Source of the DNA: Pristiophorus japonicus
Taxonomy: Eukaryota
Assembly: GCF_044704955.1 (NCBI RefSeq)
Contig: NC_091993.1
Span: 16,430,001 to 16,494,000, forward strand
Direction of reading: 5' to 3'
DNA length: 64,000 nt
Of this stretch, positions 63,311 through 64,000 are shown piece after piece. Below the pieces are notes generated by a model. The model saw only the letters and a program-made list of their open reading frames with translations, was not told the DNA's origin and made no database searches. Each line of letters begins with the position of its first letter. Within the stretch, counting starts at the first letter, position 1. A program made the translations under genes and the position numbers.

Positions 63311-64000
63311 AAACATAGAAAATAGGTGTAGGAGTAGGCCCTTCGAGCCTGCACCACTATTCAATGAGATCATGGCTGATCATTCCTTCAGTACCCCTTT
63401 CCTGCTTTCTCTCCATACCTTTTGATCCCTTTAGCTGTAAGGGCCATATCTAACTCTCGCTTGAATATATCCAATGAACTGGCATCAACAACTCTCTGCA
63501 GTAGAGAAATCCACAGGTTAACAACTCTCTGAGTGAAGAAGTTTCTCCTCATCTCAGTCCTAATTGGCCTGCCCCTTATCCAAAGACTGTGTCCCCTGGT
63601 TCTGGACTTCCCTAACATCGGGAACATTCTTCCCGCATCTAACCTGTCCAGTCCCGTCAGAATCTTATATGTTTCTATGAGATCCCCGCTCATCCTTCTA
63701 AACTCCAGTGTATAAAGGCCCAGTTGATCCAGTCTCTCCTCATATATAAGGCCAGCCATCCCTGGAATCAGTCTGGTGAACCTTCACTGCACTCCCTCAA
63801 TAGCAAGAACATCCGTCCTCAGATTAGGAGACCAAAACTGAACACAATATTCCAGGTGAGGCCTCACCAAGGCCCTGTACAACTGCATTAAGACCTCCCT
63901 GCTCCTATACTCAAATCCCCTTGCTATGGAGGCCAACATGCCATTTGCCTTCTTCACCGCCTGTTGTACCTGCATGCCAACTTTCAATGACTGATGAACC
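63311..64000 (-). mobile_element. CR1 (HER1-like) LINE 3' end inserted in a MITE arm that starts at 63079
   Basis: Same family as 19568-21735; LVRPHLEYCVQFWSP motif. Confidence 0.9.

Overview
Vertebrate nuclear DNA, most likely a shark or other cartilaginous fish, judged from its repeat families (Deu-domain SINEs, CR1/L2/RTE LINEs, Mag-like Gypsy elements, GC-rich 3-bp-TSD MITEs). Two genes face each other tail-to-tail. Gliomedin (GLDN, + strand) has nine coding exons at 18531-37624 covering the collagen and olfactomedin domains; its first exon lies upstream of the window. DMXL2/Rabconnectin-3alpha (- strand) has its last seven coding exons at 61169-40847. All exons were assembled by hand with GT-AG boundaries and consistent phases. 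Most ORFs in the supplied track are transposon debris or low-complexity artefacts. The most striking observation is a 200-bp poly(A)-tailed retroposon at 14274-14473, flanked by an 11-bp target-site duplication, built from U2 snRNA pieces in permuted order (3' stem-loops first, then 5' stem-loop I) plus a structured tail. Other findings: three copies of an internally deleted RTE-derived non-autonomous retroposon, Penelope-type palindromes with degenerate hammerhead cores, a double Gly-to-Ala break in the gliomedin collagen repeat, and a ~2.2-kb tandem duplication. Comparisons with human and snRNA sequences are from recalled knowledge, not database searches. Boundaries of old repeats are approximate.
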